DNA of 64,000 bases from an uncultured Alphaproteobacteria bacterium (lineage in GTDB: Bacteria > Pseudomonadota > Alphaproteobacteria > HIMB59 > GCA-002718135): positions 23,203 through 87,202 of the forward strand of contig CACNUI010000001.1 of assembly GCA_902623545.1 (NCBI GenBank). Reading direction: 5' to 3'. Each line of letters opens with the position of its first letter. Within the stretch, counting starts at the first letter, position 1. Both the position numbers and the translations under genes were made by a program. The notes beneath the pieces were generated by a model, which saw only the letters and a list, made by a program, of their open reading frames with translations, did no database searches and was not told where the DNA came from. Positions 18,983 through 28,426 of the stretch are shown here, one piece after another.

Positions 18983-21088
18983 ATGACAACACTGCAAGTA
19001 TTAATTGTTTTATGCGGTCTAGCAGCCGTTCTATATGGTTTAGTTACATCTAGACAAATTTTATCACTTGGTTCTGGAAATGATAAAATGCAAGAAATTG
19101 CCGGCGCAATTCAAGAAGGGGCTAGAGCTTATTTAAACAGACAATACATGACAATAGCAATTGTGGGGGTTGTTATTTTTGCTCTTATATGGATCGTTTT
19201 TGATTTGGCGTCTGGGATTGGCTTTTTGATTGGGGCATTTTTTTCTGGTGCTGCAGGTTATGTTGGAATGAATATTTCAGTTAGATCTAATGTTCGTACA
19301 ACACATGCTGCAAGTAATAGTTTAGCTGAAGGTTTATCGGTATCATTTAAGGCAGGTGCTGTAACTGGAATGCTAGTTGCAGGATTTGCATTACTTTCTA
19401 TTGCAATTTTTTATTTCGTTTTGCACAATTCTGGTTCATTTCCAGGCAGAGAGATTGTAGCTCCTTTAGTCTCGCTAGGATTTGGTGCATCATTAATTTC
19501 AATATTTGCGAGACTAGGAGGAGGTATTTTTACTAAGGGCGCTGATGTTGGCGCAGATTTAGTTGGTAAAGTAGAGGCTGGTATTCCTGAAGATGACCCA
19601 CGAAATCCTGCTGTTATTGCAGACAACGTTGGAGACAATGTTGGCGACTGTGCAGGTATGGCTGCAGATCTTTTTGAAACCTATGTTGTAACGGTTGTAG
19701 CTACAATGGTTTTAGCATCAATATTTTTCATAGAAAATTCTTATACAATGATGATTTTTCCTCTAGCTATTGCAGGAGTTTGTGCATTAACTAGTATAAT
19801 CGGAACTTACTTTGTCAGGCTTGGTAAAAATAATAATATTATGGCAGCACTTTATAGAGGATTTGCAGTATCAGCTATTTTATCTGCTGTATTATTATAT
19901 TTTGTTACTGATTATATAGTTGGTTTAAATAATGTTTTAGTCGTTGAAGGAACATCAACTCAATTCACAGGAATGTCACTTTTTATTTGTGGTTTACTTG
20001 GATTAATAATTACAGGCTTAATTATCTGGGTGACAGAATATTACACAGGTACTAATTATAGACCTGTTCAAAGTATTGCTCAATCATCAACCACTGGTCA
20101 TGGAACAAATGTAATACAAGGACTTGCAATCAGCTTAGAGGCTACAGCTCTTCCTGCTCTAATTATTGTTGCTGGAATTATTTCAACTTATTCACTAGCT
20201 GGTTTATTTGGTATTGCAATTGCCGTTACAACTATGTTAGCTTTGGCTGGAATGGTAGTTGCATTAGATGCATACGGACCAGTTACAGATAATGCTGGTG
20301 GTATAGCAGAAATGTCGAATTTAGATGATAATGTTAGAAAGACAACAGATGCTTTAGATGCTGTTGGCAATACAACTAAGGCTGTTACCAAAGGATATGC
20401 TATAGGTTCAGCAGGATTAGGAGCACTAGTATTGTTTGCAGCTTACACAGAAGACCTAGATCATTTTGCCAAAGATATAAGTAGCCCTTTATATGGAATA
20501 GAGGTTTCTTTTGATTTATCTAACCCTTATGTTGTTGTTGGTTTATTGCTAGGAGGCTTATTACCTTTTTTATTTGGAGCTTTAAGCATGACTGCAGTTG
20601 GTAGAGCTGCTGGTTCTGTAGTTCTTGAAGTAAGAAGACAGTTTAAAGAAATTCCTGGAATTATGGAAGGTAAAGGAAAACCAGAATATGGAACTTGTGT
20701 TGATATTCTTACCAAATCAGCAATTAAGGAAATGATTATACCGTCAATGTTACCTGTGTTATCACCAATAGTGGTTTATTTTGTTATTTTATTTATCGCT
20801 GGTCAATCAGCTGCTCTATCATGTTTAGGAGCTCTATTGCTGGGTGTTATTATCACTGGATTGTTTGTAGCAATTAGCATGACAGCAGGAGGGGGCGCTT
20901 GGGATAATGCAAAAAAATATATTGAAGATGGTAACCACGGAGGTAAAGGTAGTGAAGCTCACAAAGCAGCTGTTACAGGTGATACAGTAGGGGATCCATA
21001 TAAAGACACGGCTGGACCTGCTGTAAATCCAATGATTAAAATAACAAATATTGTAGCTTTATTACTTTTAGCTGCAATTTCTATTTAA
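18983..21088 (+). CDS. hppA: Membrane-integral H+-translocating pyrophosphatase, K+-independent type
   Basis: [53 protein letters not shown]. Confidence 0.97.
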   Translation: MTTLQVLIVLCGLAAVLYGLVTSRQILSLGSGNDKMQEIAGAIQEGARAYLNRQYMTIAIVGVVIFALIWIVFDLASGIGFLIGAFFSGAAGYVGMNISVRSNVRTTHAASNSLAEGLSVSFKAGAVTGMLVAGFALLSIAIFYFVLHNSGSFPGREIVAPLVSLGFGASLISIFARLGGGIFTKGADVGADLVGKVEAGIPEDDPRNPAVIADNVGDNVGDCAGMAADLFETYVVTVVATMVLASIFFIENSYTMMIFPLAIAGVCALTSIIGTYFVRLGKNNNIMAALYRGFAVSAILSAVLLYFVTDYIVGLNNVLVVEGTSTQFTGMSLFICGLLGLIITGLIIWVTEYYTGTNYRPVQSIAQSSTTGHGTNVIQGLAISLEATALPALIIVAGIISTYSLAGLFGIAIAVTTMLALAGMVVALDAYGPVTDNAGGIAEMSNLDDNVRKTTDALDAVGNTTKAVTKGYAIGSAGLGALVLFAAYTEDLDHFAKDISSPLYGIEVSFDLSNPYVVVGLLLGGLLPFLFGALSMTAVGRAAGSVVLEVRRQFKEIPGIMEGKGKPEYGTCVDILTKSAIKEMIIPSMLPVLSPIVVYFVILFIAGQSAALSCLGALLLGVIITGLFVAISMTAGGGAWDNAKKYIEDGNHGGKGSEAHKAAVTGDTVGDPYKDTAGPAVNPMIKITNIVALLLLAAISI

Positions 21089-21100
21089 TAATTAAATATT

Positions 21101-21523
21101 TTAAGGTGTTGTTGGCAGTTCTTGTTGAGCTCCAACACCACCAAATACTTTTTCTATAAGTCCTCTTTTAATTATATCATTAGATGTAATATCTTTAACT
21201 TTTTCAATATCATTTTGATTTTTCAAATCATATACTTTCGAGCTTTTAATATTATTTTTTTCATCAAAATCAAAAACAAATAAAAAGCTGTACTCTATTT
21301 CAGTTTTAAATATTGATCGTTTATTCTTTTTTTCAGCAAAATATAAAAATTTATTTTCTATTGGATCCTTAAAACTTGGTTCACCCAACTGCTCGATAAG
21401 TGTTTTCTTGTTATTAAAATTAATATTTTTAATATTTTCATCATTTAGTATTTTTCCTGAGTAGATAGTTTGATTACTACATGATAATATAAATATAGTT
21501 ATAATTAAGATAATTTTTGACAC
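21101..21523 (-). CDS. bamE: Outer-membrane assembly lipoprotein BamE/OmlA-like
   Basis: Lipobox ILSC, LGEPS motif, conserved position divergent from cbp3; GTG start. Confidence 0.72.
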   Translation of the reverse strand: MSKIILIITIFILSCSNQTIYSGKILNDENIKNINFNNKKTLIEQLGEPSFKDPIENKFLYFAEKKNKRSIFKTEIEYSFLFVFDFDEKNNIKSSKVYDLKNQNDIEKVKDITSNDIIKRGLIEKVFGGVGAQQELPTTP

Positions 21524-21526
21524 ATT

Positions 21527-22018
21527 ATGATTTTACAATATTTTTATAAAAAAGAAAATAGTCAGAAAAGAAAAGCACAACAAATTTATGTAAATATTAT
21601 TAATTTAAGTAAAAATCTTTTAAAAAAAAATAATTTTTTTATTAATAAAAACTATAATACTTCCTTTGAATTAGTATCTCTTTTTTTAATTATTTATATA
21701 AAATTAAATATTAAATATAGAATTAATGACTATGTAAAAATAAATGAAGATTTAATATCAACTTTTATTAACGATTTAGATGAATCGTTAAGGACCGAAG
21801 GAATTGGTGATATGTCAATCGGCAAGTACGTAAAATCTTTTGTTAAAAAATTTTACTTTAGATTAGAAAAATTTCCAAATAACATAAATAATTTATCTGA
21901 AAAACAATTTCAAGATTATCTTAAATTATTTAATATCATTAAACCAAATCTTATTGTGAACTCTTCGATAAAGTTTAATGCAGAATTTAATATTATTCTA
22001 CAATCATATATAAAATAA
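21527..22018 (+). CDS. Ubiquinol-cytochrome c chaperone (Cbp3/UQCC1 family)
   Basis: DLDESLRTEGIGDMSIGKYVK signature. Confidence 0.85.
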   Translation: MILQYFYKKENSQKRKAQQIYVNIINLSKNLLKKNNFFINKNYNTSFELVSLFLIIYIKLNIKYRINDYVKINEDLISTFINDLDESLRTEGIGDMSIGKYVKSFVKKFYFRLEKFPNNINNLSEKQFQDYLKLFNIIKPNLIVNSSIKFNAEFNIILQSYIK

Positions 22019-22086
22019 TAATTATTATTCTTTTAATTTGCAAAAAATTTCTTGCAAATATCTAAAATTCTAATATGTGGGACTTT

Positions 22087-22275
22087 ATGGCTGTTCCAAA
22101 AAGAAAAACAAGTGTGTCAAAAAGAAATATGAGAAGATCACATCTTTCTCTTAAAGATGCTAATATTATAATTGATAAAGATTCTGGTGAACCTAGACTC
22201 TCACATCAAATTGATAAATCTACTGGTATGTACAAGGGTAGAAAAATTTTAAACAATAAAAAAAATAAATCTTAA
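22087..22275 (+). CDS. rpmF: 50S ribosomal protein L32 (Cys-free type)
   Basis: [19 protein letters not shown]...GMYKGR. Confidence 0.96.
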   Translation: MAVPKRKTSVSKRNMRRSHLSLKDANIIIDKDSGEPRLSHQIDKSTGMYKGRKILNNKKNKS

Positions 22276-22283
22276 TATATAAA

Positions 22284-23297
22284 ATGTCTAATGGCCAAGT
22301 AACCATTGCAATTGATGCAATGGGAGGAGAGAATAGCCCATATAAAGTTCTAAAGGGTGCACAAATTTTTCAAAATAAAAATCAAAATGTTAAAATGATT
22401 TTTTTTGGAAATAAAACTGAAATTACTTCTAATATACGTAAATTTAAAATCGATATATCAAACTATGAAATTGTAAACACTACAGAAAATGTTCAGGACG
22501 ATGATAATGTTAATACAATATTAAGATCTAGGAAAGATAGTAGTATTTATAGAGCTTTAGAATTTGTTAAAAAAAATCCTGATACTGGATTTGTATCTGC
22601 TGGCAACACAGCTGCAATAATGGTTTTATCTAGATTACACCTAGGCATGATTGAGGGAATTGATAGACCTGCTATCTGTTCTCTAATCCCAAACAAAAAA
22701 AATTATTCTTTAATGTTGGATCTCGGTGCTAATGTTACAGTAAATCCTGAAAATTTATTTCAATTTGCCTTAATGGGATTTAGTTATTATACTATTATTA
22801 ACAAGGATTCAAAACCAACAATTGGAATTCTAAATATAGGTACTGAAAATAATAAAGGTTTAGAATTTCTCCAAGTAGCTGCAGAATTAATTTCAAAAAG
22901 TTTTTTAAAGGATTATTTCATTGGCTTCATAGAACCTAATAAGATTACTTTAGGAGATTGTGATATAATCATATCAGATGGTTATACAGGTAACATAATG
23001 CTTAAATCTGCAGAAGGTATTTCTAATTTTATAACATCTAATCTACGAGATATGTTCAGCAAAAATTTATTAAATAAATTAGCATACAAAATTGTTCAAA
23101 ATGATCTTAAAATATTTAGAGATCAAGTTAATCCTGAAATATATAATGGAGCAAATTTAATTGGATTAGGTGGAACATCTATTAAAAGTCATGGTAATGC
23201 ATCAGAAACTGCCTTTAGTCATGCTATTAATAAATGCTATACATCTATTAAAAATAACTTGAACCAACAAATAATTAAATCAGTCAACAATTTATGA
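22284..23297 (+). CDS. plsX: Phosphate acyltransferase PlsX
   Basis: IAIDAMGGE, SAGNTAA, GIDRPA, LDLGAN, LNIGTE, IKSHG. Confidence 0.95.
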   Translation: MSNGQVTIAIDAMGGENSPYKVLKGAQIFQNKNQNVKMIFFGNKTEITSNIRKFKIDISNYEIVNTTENVQDDDNVNTILRSRKDSSIYRALEFVKKNPDTGFVSAGNTAAIMVLSRLHLGMIEGIDRPAICSLIPNKKNYSLMLDLGANVTVNPENLFQFALMGFSYYTIINKDSKPTIGILNIGTENNKGLEFLQVAAELISKSFLKDYFIGFIEPNKITLGDCDIIISDGYTGNIMLKSAEGISNFITSNLRDMFSKNLLNKLAYKIVQNDLKIFRDQVNPEIYNGANLIGLGGTSIKSHGNASETAFSHAINKCYTSIKNNLNQQIIKSVNNL

Positions 23298-23587
23298 TAA
23301 TTAAAAAAAATATATCTAGGGATGATATTGCAAATTCAATTCATAAAGAATTTGGTTTCTCAAGAAAAGAATGTCTAGAAATTGTAAATGATTTAGTTGA
23401 AATTATTATATTAGGACTTGAGAAAAATGGTCTTGTTAAGATTCATAATTTTGGAACATTTAAGTTAAAAAAGAAATCAAGCAGAATTGGACGAAATCCT
23501 AAAACTAAAGAGGATGTGATTATTAGCGATAGATACGTAATTACTTTTAAAGCTAGTAAGAAAATTCTAAAATCAATAAATAACTAA
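23294..23587 (+). CDS. ihfA: Integration host factor alpha
   Basis: VKIHNFGTF...RIGRNPKTKE...RYVITFKAS. Confidence 0.9.
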   Translation: MIIKKNISRDDIANSIHKEFGFSRKECLEIVNDLVEIIILGLEKNGLVKIHNFGTFKLKKKSSRIGRNPKTKEDVIISDRYVITFKASKKILKSINN

Positions 23588-23599
23588 TATTGAAACATA

Positions 23600-23983
23600 A
23601 TGAAAAAATATCTAAATATCAGTGAAGTTTCAGAACTCCTTGATATTAAAGAGTACATAATAAGATATTGGGATTCAATTGATCCTAAAACAAATAAACT
23701 AAGGGTTGAGGGAATTTCAACTAAAAGCAAAAAAGGAACTAGATATTTTAATAAGGAAAATATAATCAAACTTAAAAAAATGAAAGCTTTCGTATATGAA
23801 AATGGTAAACATAATAACTCATTGAGGCTAGCTCATAGATTAGTATCTATGAGTTATAAAAATAAAAAACCTGAATATTCTTCAAAAAATATTACTTATA
23901 TTGACAATCCAGAAAACGCAAAAAAGATTAATCAGATTCTTAAAAAAATGAGAATTGTAGTTAAATTAAATAATAATTATTAA
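23600..23983 (+). CDS. MerR-family HTH protein (ihfA-linked)
   Basis: YLNISEVSELLDIKEYIIRYWD...GTRYF; conserved position after ihfA. Confidence 0.8.
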   Translation: MKKYLNISEVSELLDIKEYIIRYWDSIDPKTNKLRVEGISTKSKKGTRYFNKENIIKLKKMKAFVYENGKHNNSLRLAHRLVSMSYKNKKPEYSSKNITYIDNPENAKKINQILKKMRIVVKLNNNY

Positions 23984-24139
23984 CATGTTAATAAAAAAGC
24001 ACTATATTTCAATAATTTAATTATATTTTTTATACAAAAAATTTATAAAAAAAAATAATTTTAAATGTTTTATTTAGACGTCTTTTAAAATATATGAACC
24101 TCATCTTATTAGTAAGGAAACAAACTATAAGGAGTTTTT

Positions 24140-24904
24140 ATGTTAAATAAGACTAGTTTTATTGGTATCATAGCTGCAACTATAGCTTTTATTGCTGTTC
24201 CAGCTTTTGCTGCCGATACTTTTTTAGGCGAAGGTGATTTTGTTGGAATTACATTTTGGATTGTTTCAATCGGAATGTGGGCTTCAACAATATTCTTCTT
24301 TTACGAAGGAATGAGAGTTTCTGCTAAATGGAGAACTTCAATGGTAGTTGCAGGTTTAATAACCTTTATTGCTGCTGTACATTATATGTACATGAGGGAC
24401 TTCTGGGTAGCAACTGGTACTTCACCAACTGTTTACAGATATATTGATTGGGTTCTAACTGTACCTCTTCAAATGGTTGAATTCTTCCTAATCTTAGTAG
24501 CTGCAGGTGCTGCCGTTTCTGGTGGAGCATTTTGGAGACTATTAGTAGGTACCCTAGTTATGGTAATTGGTGGATACTTGGGAGAAGCAGGTCATATCAA
24601 CGCAACTCTTGGTTTCATTATTGGAATGATCGGTTGGGCTGTAATTATCTGGGAAATCTTCAGAGGTGAAGCAAGTCAAGCTGCTTCAACTAAAGAATCA
24701 GTTACTGCGGCTTTTAACGCTATGAGATTAATTGTTCTTATAGGTTGGGCTATTTACCCACTAGGTTATGTATTTGGTTATATGTTAGGATCTGTTGATG
24801 CAGATACACTTAACTGGGTATACAATCTTGCAGATTTTGTTAATAAAATCTTATTTGGTCTAATTATATGGAATGCTGCAGCTAGAGACTCAGCTACTGC
24901 ATAA
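24140..24904 (+). CDS. Proteorhodopsin, DTE proton pump, blue-tuned (Gln105)
   Basis: YRYIDWVLTVPLQMVEF (D97, T101, Q105, E108), H75 in AAVHY, retinal Lys in ADFVNKILFG; signal peptide; SD AAGGAG. Confidence 0.97.
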   Translation: MLNKTSFIGIIAATIAFIAVPAFAADTFLGEGDFVGITFWIVSIGMWASTIFFFYEGMRVSAKWRTSMVVAGLITFIAAVHYMYMRDFWVATGTSPTVYRYIDWVLTVPLQMVEFFLILVAAGAAVSGGAFWRLLVGTLVMVIGGYLGEAGHINATLGFIIGMIGWAVIIWEIFRGEASQAASTKESVTAAFNAMRLIVLIGWAIYPLGYVFGYMLGSVDADTLNWVYNLADFVNKILFGLIIWNAAARDSATA

Positions 24905-24926
24905 TTAGCAAACTTTTTTACAATCT

Positions 24927-24955
24927 AAAACCCTCTTTTTACAGAGGGTTTTTTT
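24927..24955 (+). terminator. Intrinsic terminator after proteorhodopsin
   Basis: AAAACCCTCT-TTTTAC-AGAGGGTTTT followed by more Ts. Confidence 0.85.
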
Positions 24956-24964
24956 ATTAATATA

Positions 24965-24993
24965 TTGACTTAATTTTTTTTAATATGTATTTG
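24965..24993 (+). promoter_or_regulatory. Putative sigma70 promoter of rplM-rpsI (probably leaderless)
   Basis: TTGACT-17 nt-TATTTG, then 7 nt to the ATG at 25001; no SD. Confidence 0.55.
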
Positions 24994-25000
24994 GCTCGCC

Positions 25001-25459
25001 ATGAAAACTTTTTCTCTTAAAAAAAGTGATATTGATAAAAAATGGCTACTTATAGACGCTGATAATGCCGTATTGGGTAGGCTTGCTGTTTTATCAGCAA
25101 ATATATTAAGGGGTAAAAATAAGCCTAATTACACACCTAATTTAGATTGTGGTGATAATCTTATAATTATAAATTCAGATAAGGTTAAGTTAAAAGGGAA
25201 TAAAGAGACTAATAAAAAGTACTACAGACACACTGGCTATCCAGGTGGAATTAAAGAAACCACTCCAAAAGAACTTAAAAATAAAAATAAATCAGATCAA
25301 ATTATAAAAATGGCAATTAAAAGAATGATACCAGCAGGCCCTCTTGGAAAAATTCAGCTTTCTAATTGTAAAATTTATAGAGACTCAAATCATAAACATG
25401 AAGCTCAAAATCCTACAATAATTGATTTTGCATCTTTAAATAAAAAAAATATAATTTAA
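25001..25459 (+). CDS. rplM: 50S ribosomal protein L13
   Basis: [35 protein letters not shown]. Confidence 0.97.
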   Translation: MKTFSLKKSDIDKKWLLIDADNAVLGRLAVLSANILRGKNKPNYTPNLDCGDNLIIINSDKVKLKGNKETNKKYYRHTGYPGGIKETTPKELKNKNKSDQIIKMAIKRMIPAGPLGKIQLSNCKIYRDSNHKHEAQNPTIIDFASLNKKNII

Positions 25460-25460
25460 T

Positions 25461-25901
25461 ATGGAAAATATCGATAGTAATACCGAAAATATAATTGAAA
25501 ACAAATTAGATTCAAAAGATAGATCATATTCAACTGGAAGAAGAAAAAATTCAATAGCTAGAGTTTGGATTAAAAGAGGTAACGGTGGGATTAAAATTAA
25601 CGGCAAAGACCTCAAAACATACTTTTCTAGACCAGTTTTACAGATGATAGTAAATCAGCCTTTAAGCGTATTACAAGCTGAAGAGCATTATGAGATTATG
25701 GCCACTGTAAAAGGTGGTGGTTTGTCCGGACAAGCCGGCGCTATCAGACATGGGATTAGTAAAGCACTAAGTTTGTATGATCAATCTAATCGACCAGCTT
25801 TGAAAAAAGTTGGCTTTTTAACTAGAGATCCAAGAGTTGTTGAAAGAAAAAAATCTGGTTTAGCTAAAGCAAGAAGAAGTTATCAATTCTCTAAAAGATA
25901 A
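25461..25901 (+). CDS. rpsI: 30S ribosomal protein S9
   Basis: [39 protein letters not shown]-terminal QFSKR. Confidence 0.98.
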   Translation: MENIDSNTENIIENKLDSKDRSYSTGRRKNSIARVWIKRGNGGIKINGKDLKTYFSRPVLQMIVNQPLSVLQAEEHYEIMATVKGGGLSGQAGAIRHGISKALSLYDQSNRPALKKVGFLTRDPRVVERKKSGLAKARRSYQFSKR

Positions 25902-25906
25902 TCTTA

Positions 25907-26935
25907 ATGAAAAATATGATTAAAGTAGCCGTTTTAGGCTCTACTGGTTATGTTGGTATGGAATTAATAAAGTTACTTACTAAACATCCTAATATATCAA
26001 TTAATTTTTTAGGATCAGATACAATGGAAGGAAAATTCCTAAATAATATTAATAATATTAGTGAATTTAAAAATTTACCAATTTTAAACAATAATAACTC
26101 GTTTGAACCATCCAAATCTGATTATGTTTTCCTAGCTTTACCTCATGGTATTTCAAACCAATATGTCAAAAAACTTTATGATAAAATAAGAATTATTGAT
26201 CTATCTGCTGATTTTAGATTAGATAATTTACATTCATATAAAAAAAATTATGGAGATACACACACTTGCCCAGAATTATTATCTAAATTTATTTATGGGT
26301 TAGTAGAAATCAATAGAGCAAGAATTACTAAAGCTACAAACATTGCAGTTCCAGGTTGCTATCCAACATCCATTTTATTACCTTTAATTCCACTTATTAA
26401 GAAAAAATTAATTAATACTGATAATATAATTATTGATACAAAATCTGGATATAGTGGAGCGGGAAAAAAGTTTAATTTAAATAATGTAAAATCAAATAAT
26501 GAATTAAATTTTTATAATTACAATACAAACAATCATAGACATATTATTGAAATAAACCAAGAATTACAAAAATGTATAAATAATGAAAATTTAAATTTTT
26601 CATTTAATCCGCATATTCTTCCAAACTTTAGAGGAATGCTTTCAACAATTTACTGTGATCTTAAAATAAATATAAGTAAGAAAAATATAATTAATGAATA
26701 TAAAGAATTTGAAAATAATAATTGTTTCATTAAATTTATAGAGACTAATGAAAGATTAGATCTTTTCTCAGTTCAAAATACAAATTTTTGCAAAATAAAA
26801 ATTTTTAATCATCATAGTGAAAATAAAATTATAATTGTTAGCGGTATAGATAATCTTATTAAGGGAGCCGCAGGTCAGGCAATTCAATCCTTAAATATCA
26901 TTGAAGGCTTTGATGAAAAATTATCTTTAATTTAA
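25907..26935 (+). CDS. argC: N-acetyl-gamma-glutamyl-phosphate reductase
   Basis: GSTGYVG, FLALPHG, IDLSADFRL, VPGCYPT, KSGYSGAG, DNLIKGAAGQA. Confidence 0.95.
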   Translation: MKNMIKVAVLGSTGYVGMELIKLLTKHPNISINFLGSDTMEGKFLNNINNISEFKNLPILNNNNSFEPSKSDYVFLALPHGISNQYVKKLYDKIRIIDLSADFRLDNLHSYKKNYGDTHTCPELLSKFIYGLVEINRARITKATNIAVPGCYPTSILLPLIPLIKKKLINTDNIIIDTKSGYSGAGKKFNLNNVKSNNELNFYNYNTNNHRHIIEINQELQKCINNENLNFSFNPHILPNFRGMLSTIYCDLKINISKKNIINEYKEFENNNCFIKFIETNERLDLFSVQNTNFCKIKIFNHHSENKIIIVSGIDNLIKGAAGQAIQSLNIIEGFDEKLSLI

Positions 26936-27120
26936 TGAGATATCTTCTAATATCATTAATTTTTCTTTTATTATCATGTGGATATCCAGATATTGATAAT
27001 GTTCCAGATTTTAAAGATCTAGAACTATCTGAAGAAGAAATATTGGATTATTGTTCATCTATTAATACAAGTAAAAAAAATATAGAAAATTGTATTAAAG
27101 ATTATAATAGTAAAAAATAA
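26935..27120 (+). CDS. Small hypothetical lipoprotein
   Basis: Lipobox LLSC-G after a hydrophobic stretch; TAATG coupling to argC, 2 bp before hom. Confidence 0.7.
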   Translation: MRYLLISLIFLLLSCGYPDIDNVPDFKDLELSEEEILDYCSSINTSKKNIENCIKDYNSKK

Positions 27121-27122
27121 TT

Positions 27123-28421
27123 ATGAAACAACTTAATATATGTATTGCTGGACTTGGTAATGTTGGTTCTGCACTAATTCAATCAATTGAAGATAATAAT
27201 AAATTTCATTTTGAAGATAGATCAATAAAAATTAATATTTTAGGAATATCTGCAAAAGACAAAAATAAAAAAAGAAAATTCAACATAAATAATTATAAGT
27301 GGTTTGATGATCCAAAAGCAATGATATTAATAGATGACTGTCATGTAATTATTGAGTTAATTGGCCAAGAAAAAGGTATTAGTTATGAATTAATTGAAAT
27401 GGCTTTAAATAAAAATAAACATGTAGTTACAGGGAATAAAGCCTTAATAGCAAACCATGGAAAAAAATTATTTGATTTAGCTAATAAAAATTCAGTTGCT
27501 TTATCTTATGAAGCTGCTGTTGCAGGAGGTATTCCAATAATAAAAACACTAAAAAATACTTTAAATTTGGATAAAATTAATAAAATTTCTGGAATTTTAA
27601 ATGGAACAACAAATTATATTTTAACCAAAATGCAAGAAGATAACATGTCTTTTGATGAGGTTCTGAAAATTGCAAAAGATAAGGGATTTACCTCTGATCA
27701 GGAGTCAAAATTAGACATCGGCGGTTATGATGCTGCACACAAATTAACAATATTGTCGACTTTATGTTTTAAATCTAATTTGAATTTTAAAAATAATTAT
27801 ATTGAAGGAATATCTAATATAAAAGTTGAAGATATTAATTACGCTGAAAAATTAGGATATAAGATAAAATTAATTTCTGAAGCATGTATAATAGAAGATA
27901 AAATTTCAAATTTTACTTCACCAAAATTAATTAAAAAGAGTAATCCTTTAGCAAGTGTAGATAATGCTTTAAATGCAATAAATATAGAAACTTTTCATCT
28001 TGAAAATTTATTTTTAGAGGGTGAGGGCGCAGGAGGTAAACCAACAGCAAATTCAGTCTTGTCAGACTTGTATGATATATCCCAAAACGAAAAATTTGAT
28101 AATTTAGGCTTTAAAATTGATAAATTACAAGACTATGAAAAATATTCTACAGAAAATATAATTAATAGTTATTATCTAAGAATAATGACAGATGACAAAC
28201 CGGGTGTTCTTTCATCTATTACAAATTTCTTTAGTGAATTTAATATTTCTGTAAAAAAAATACTTCAACTTCCTGAAAATTCTGATGTTGATAAACCTAT
28301 TCCTATAATTATTACTACACATAGTATTCAAAAAGAAAAATTAAGTAACGTAATTAAGAAAATTGAAAGTTTAGAATTTGTAAAAGAAAAAGTTACTGTT
28401 CTTGCTATTCATGATAATTAA
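27123..28421 (+). CDS. hom: Homoserine dehydrogenase with ACT domain
   Basis: AGLGNVG, YEAAVAGGIPII, GILNGTTNYIL, GEGAGGKPTA, YYLRI..DKPGVL. Confidence 0.95.
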   Translation: MKQLNICIAGLGNVGSALIQSIEDNNKFHFEDRSIKINILGISAKDKNKKRKFNINNYKWFDDPKAMILIDDCHVIIELIGQEKGISYELIEMALNKNKHVVTGNKALIANHGKKLFDLANKNSVALSYEAAVAGGIPIIKTLKNTLNLDKINKISGILNGTTNYILTKMQEDNMSFDEVLKIAKDKGFTSDQESKLDIGGYDAAHKLTILSTLCFKSNLNFKNNYIEGISNIKVEDINYAEKLGYKIKLISEACIIEDKISNFTSPKLIKKSNPLASVDNALNAINIETFHLENLFLEGEGAGGKPTANSVLSDLYDISQNEKFDNLGFKIDKLQDYEKYSTENIINSYYLRIMTDDKPGVLSSITNFFSEFNISVKKILQLPENSDVDKPIPIIITTHSIQKEKLSNVIKKIESLEFVKEKVTVLAIHDN

Positions 28422-28426
28422 TTAAT

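Noticed and set aside
19411..20715. Three minus-strand ORFs within hppA
   Set aside because: Antisense shadows. The same applies to the other short opposite-strand ORFs nested in core genes, such as 12278, 23584, 44887, 47900, 50349, 59977 and 62890.
23600..23983. MerR protein as a LitR/CarH-type light regulator of proteorhodopsin
   Set aside because: No B12-binding domain; it matches the ordinary ihfA-linked MerR gene, so the adjacency is not evidence of regulation.
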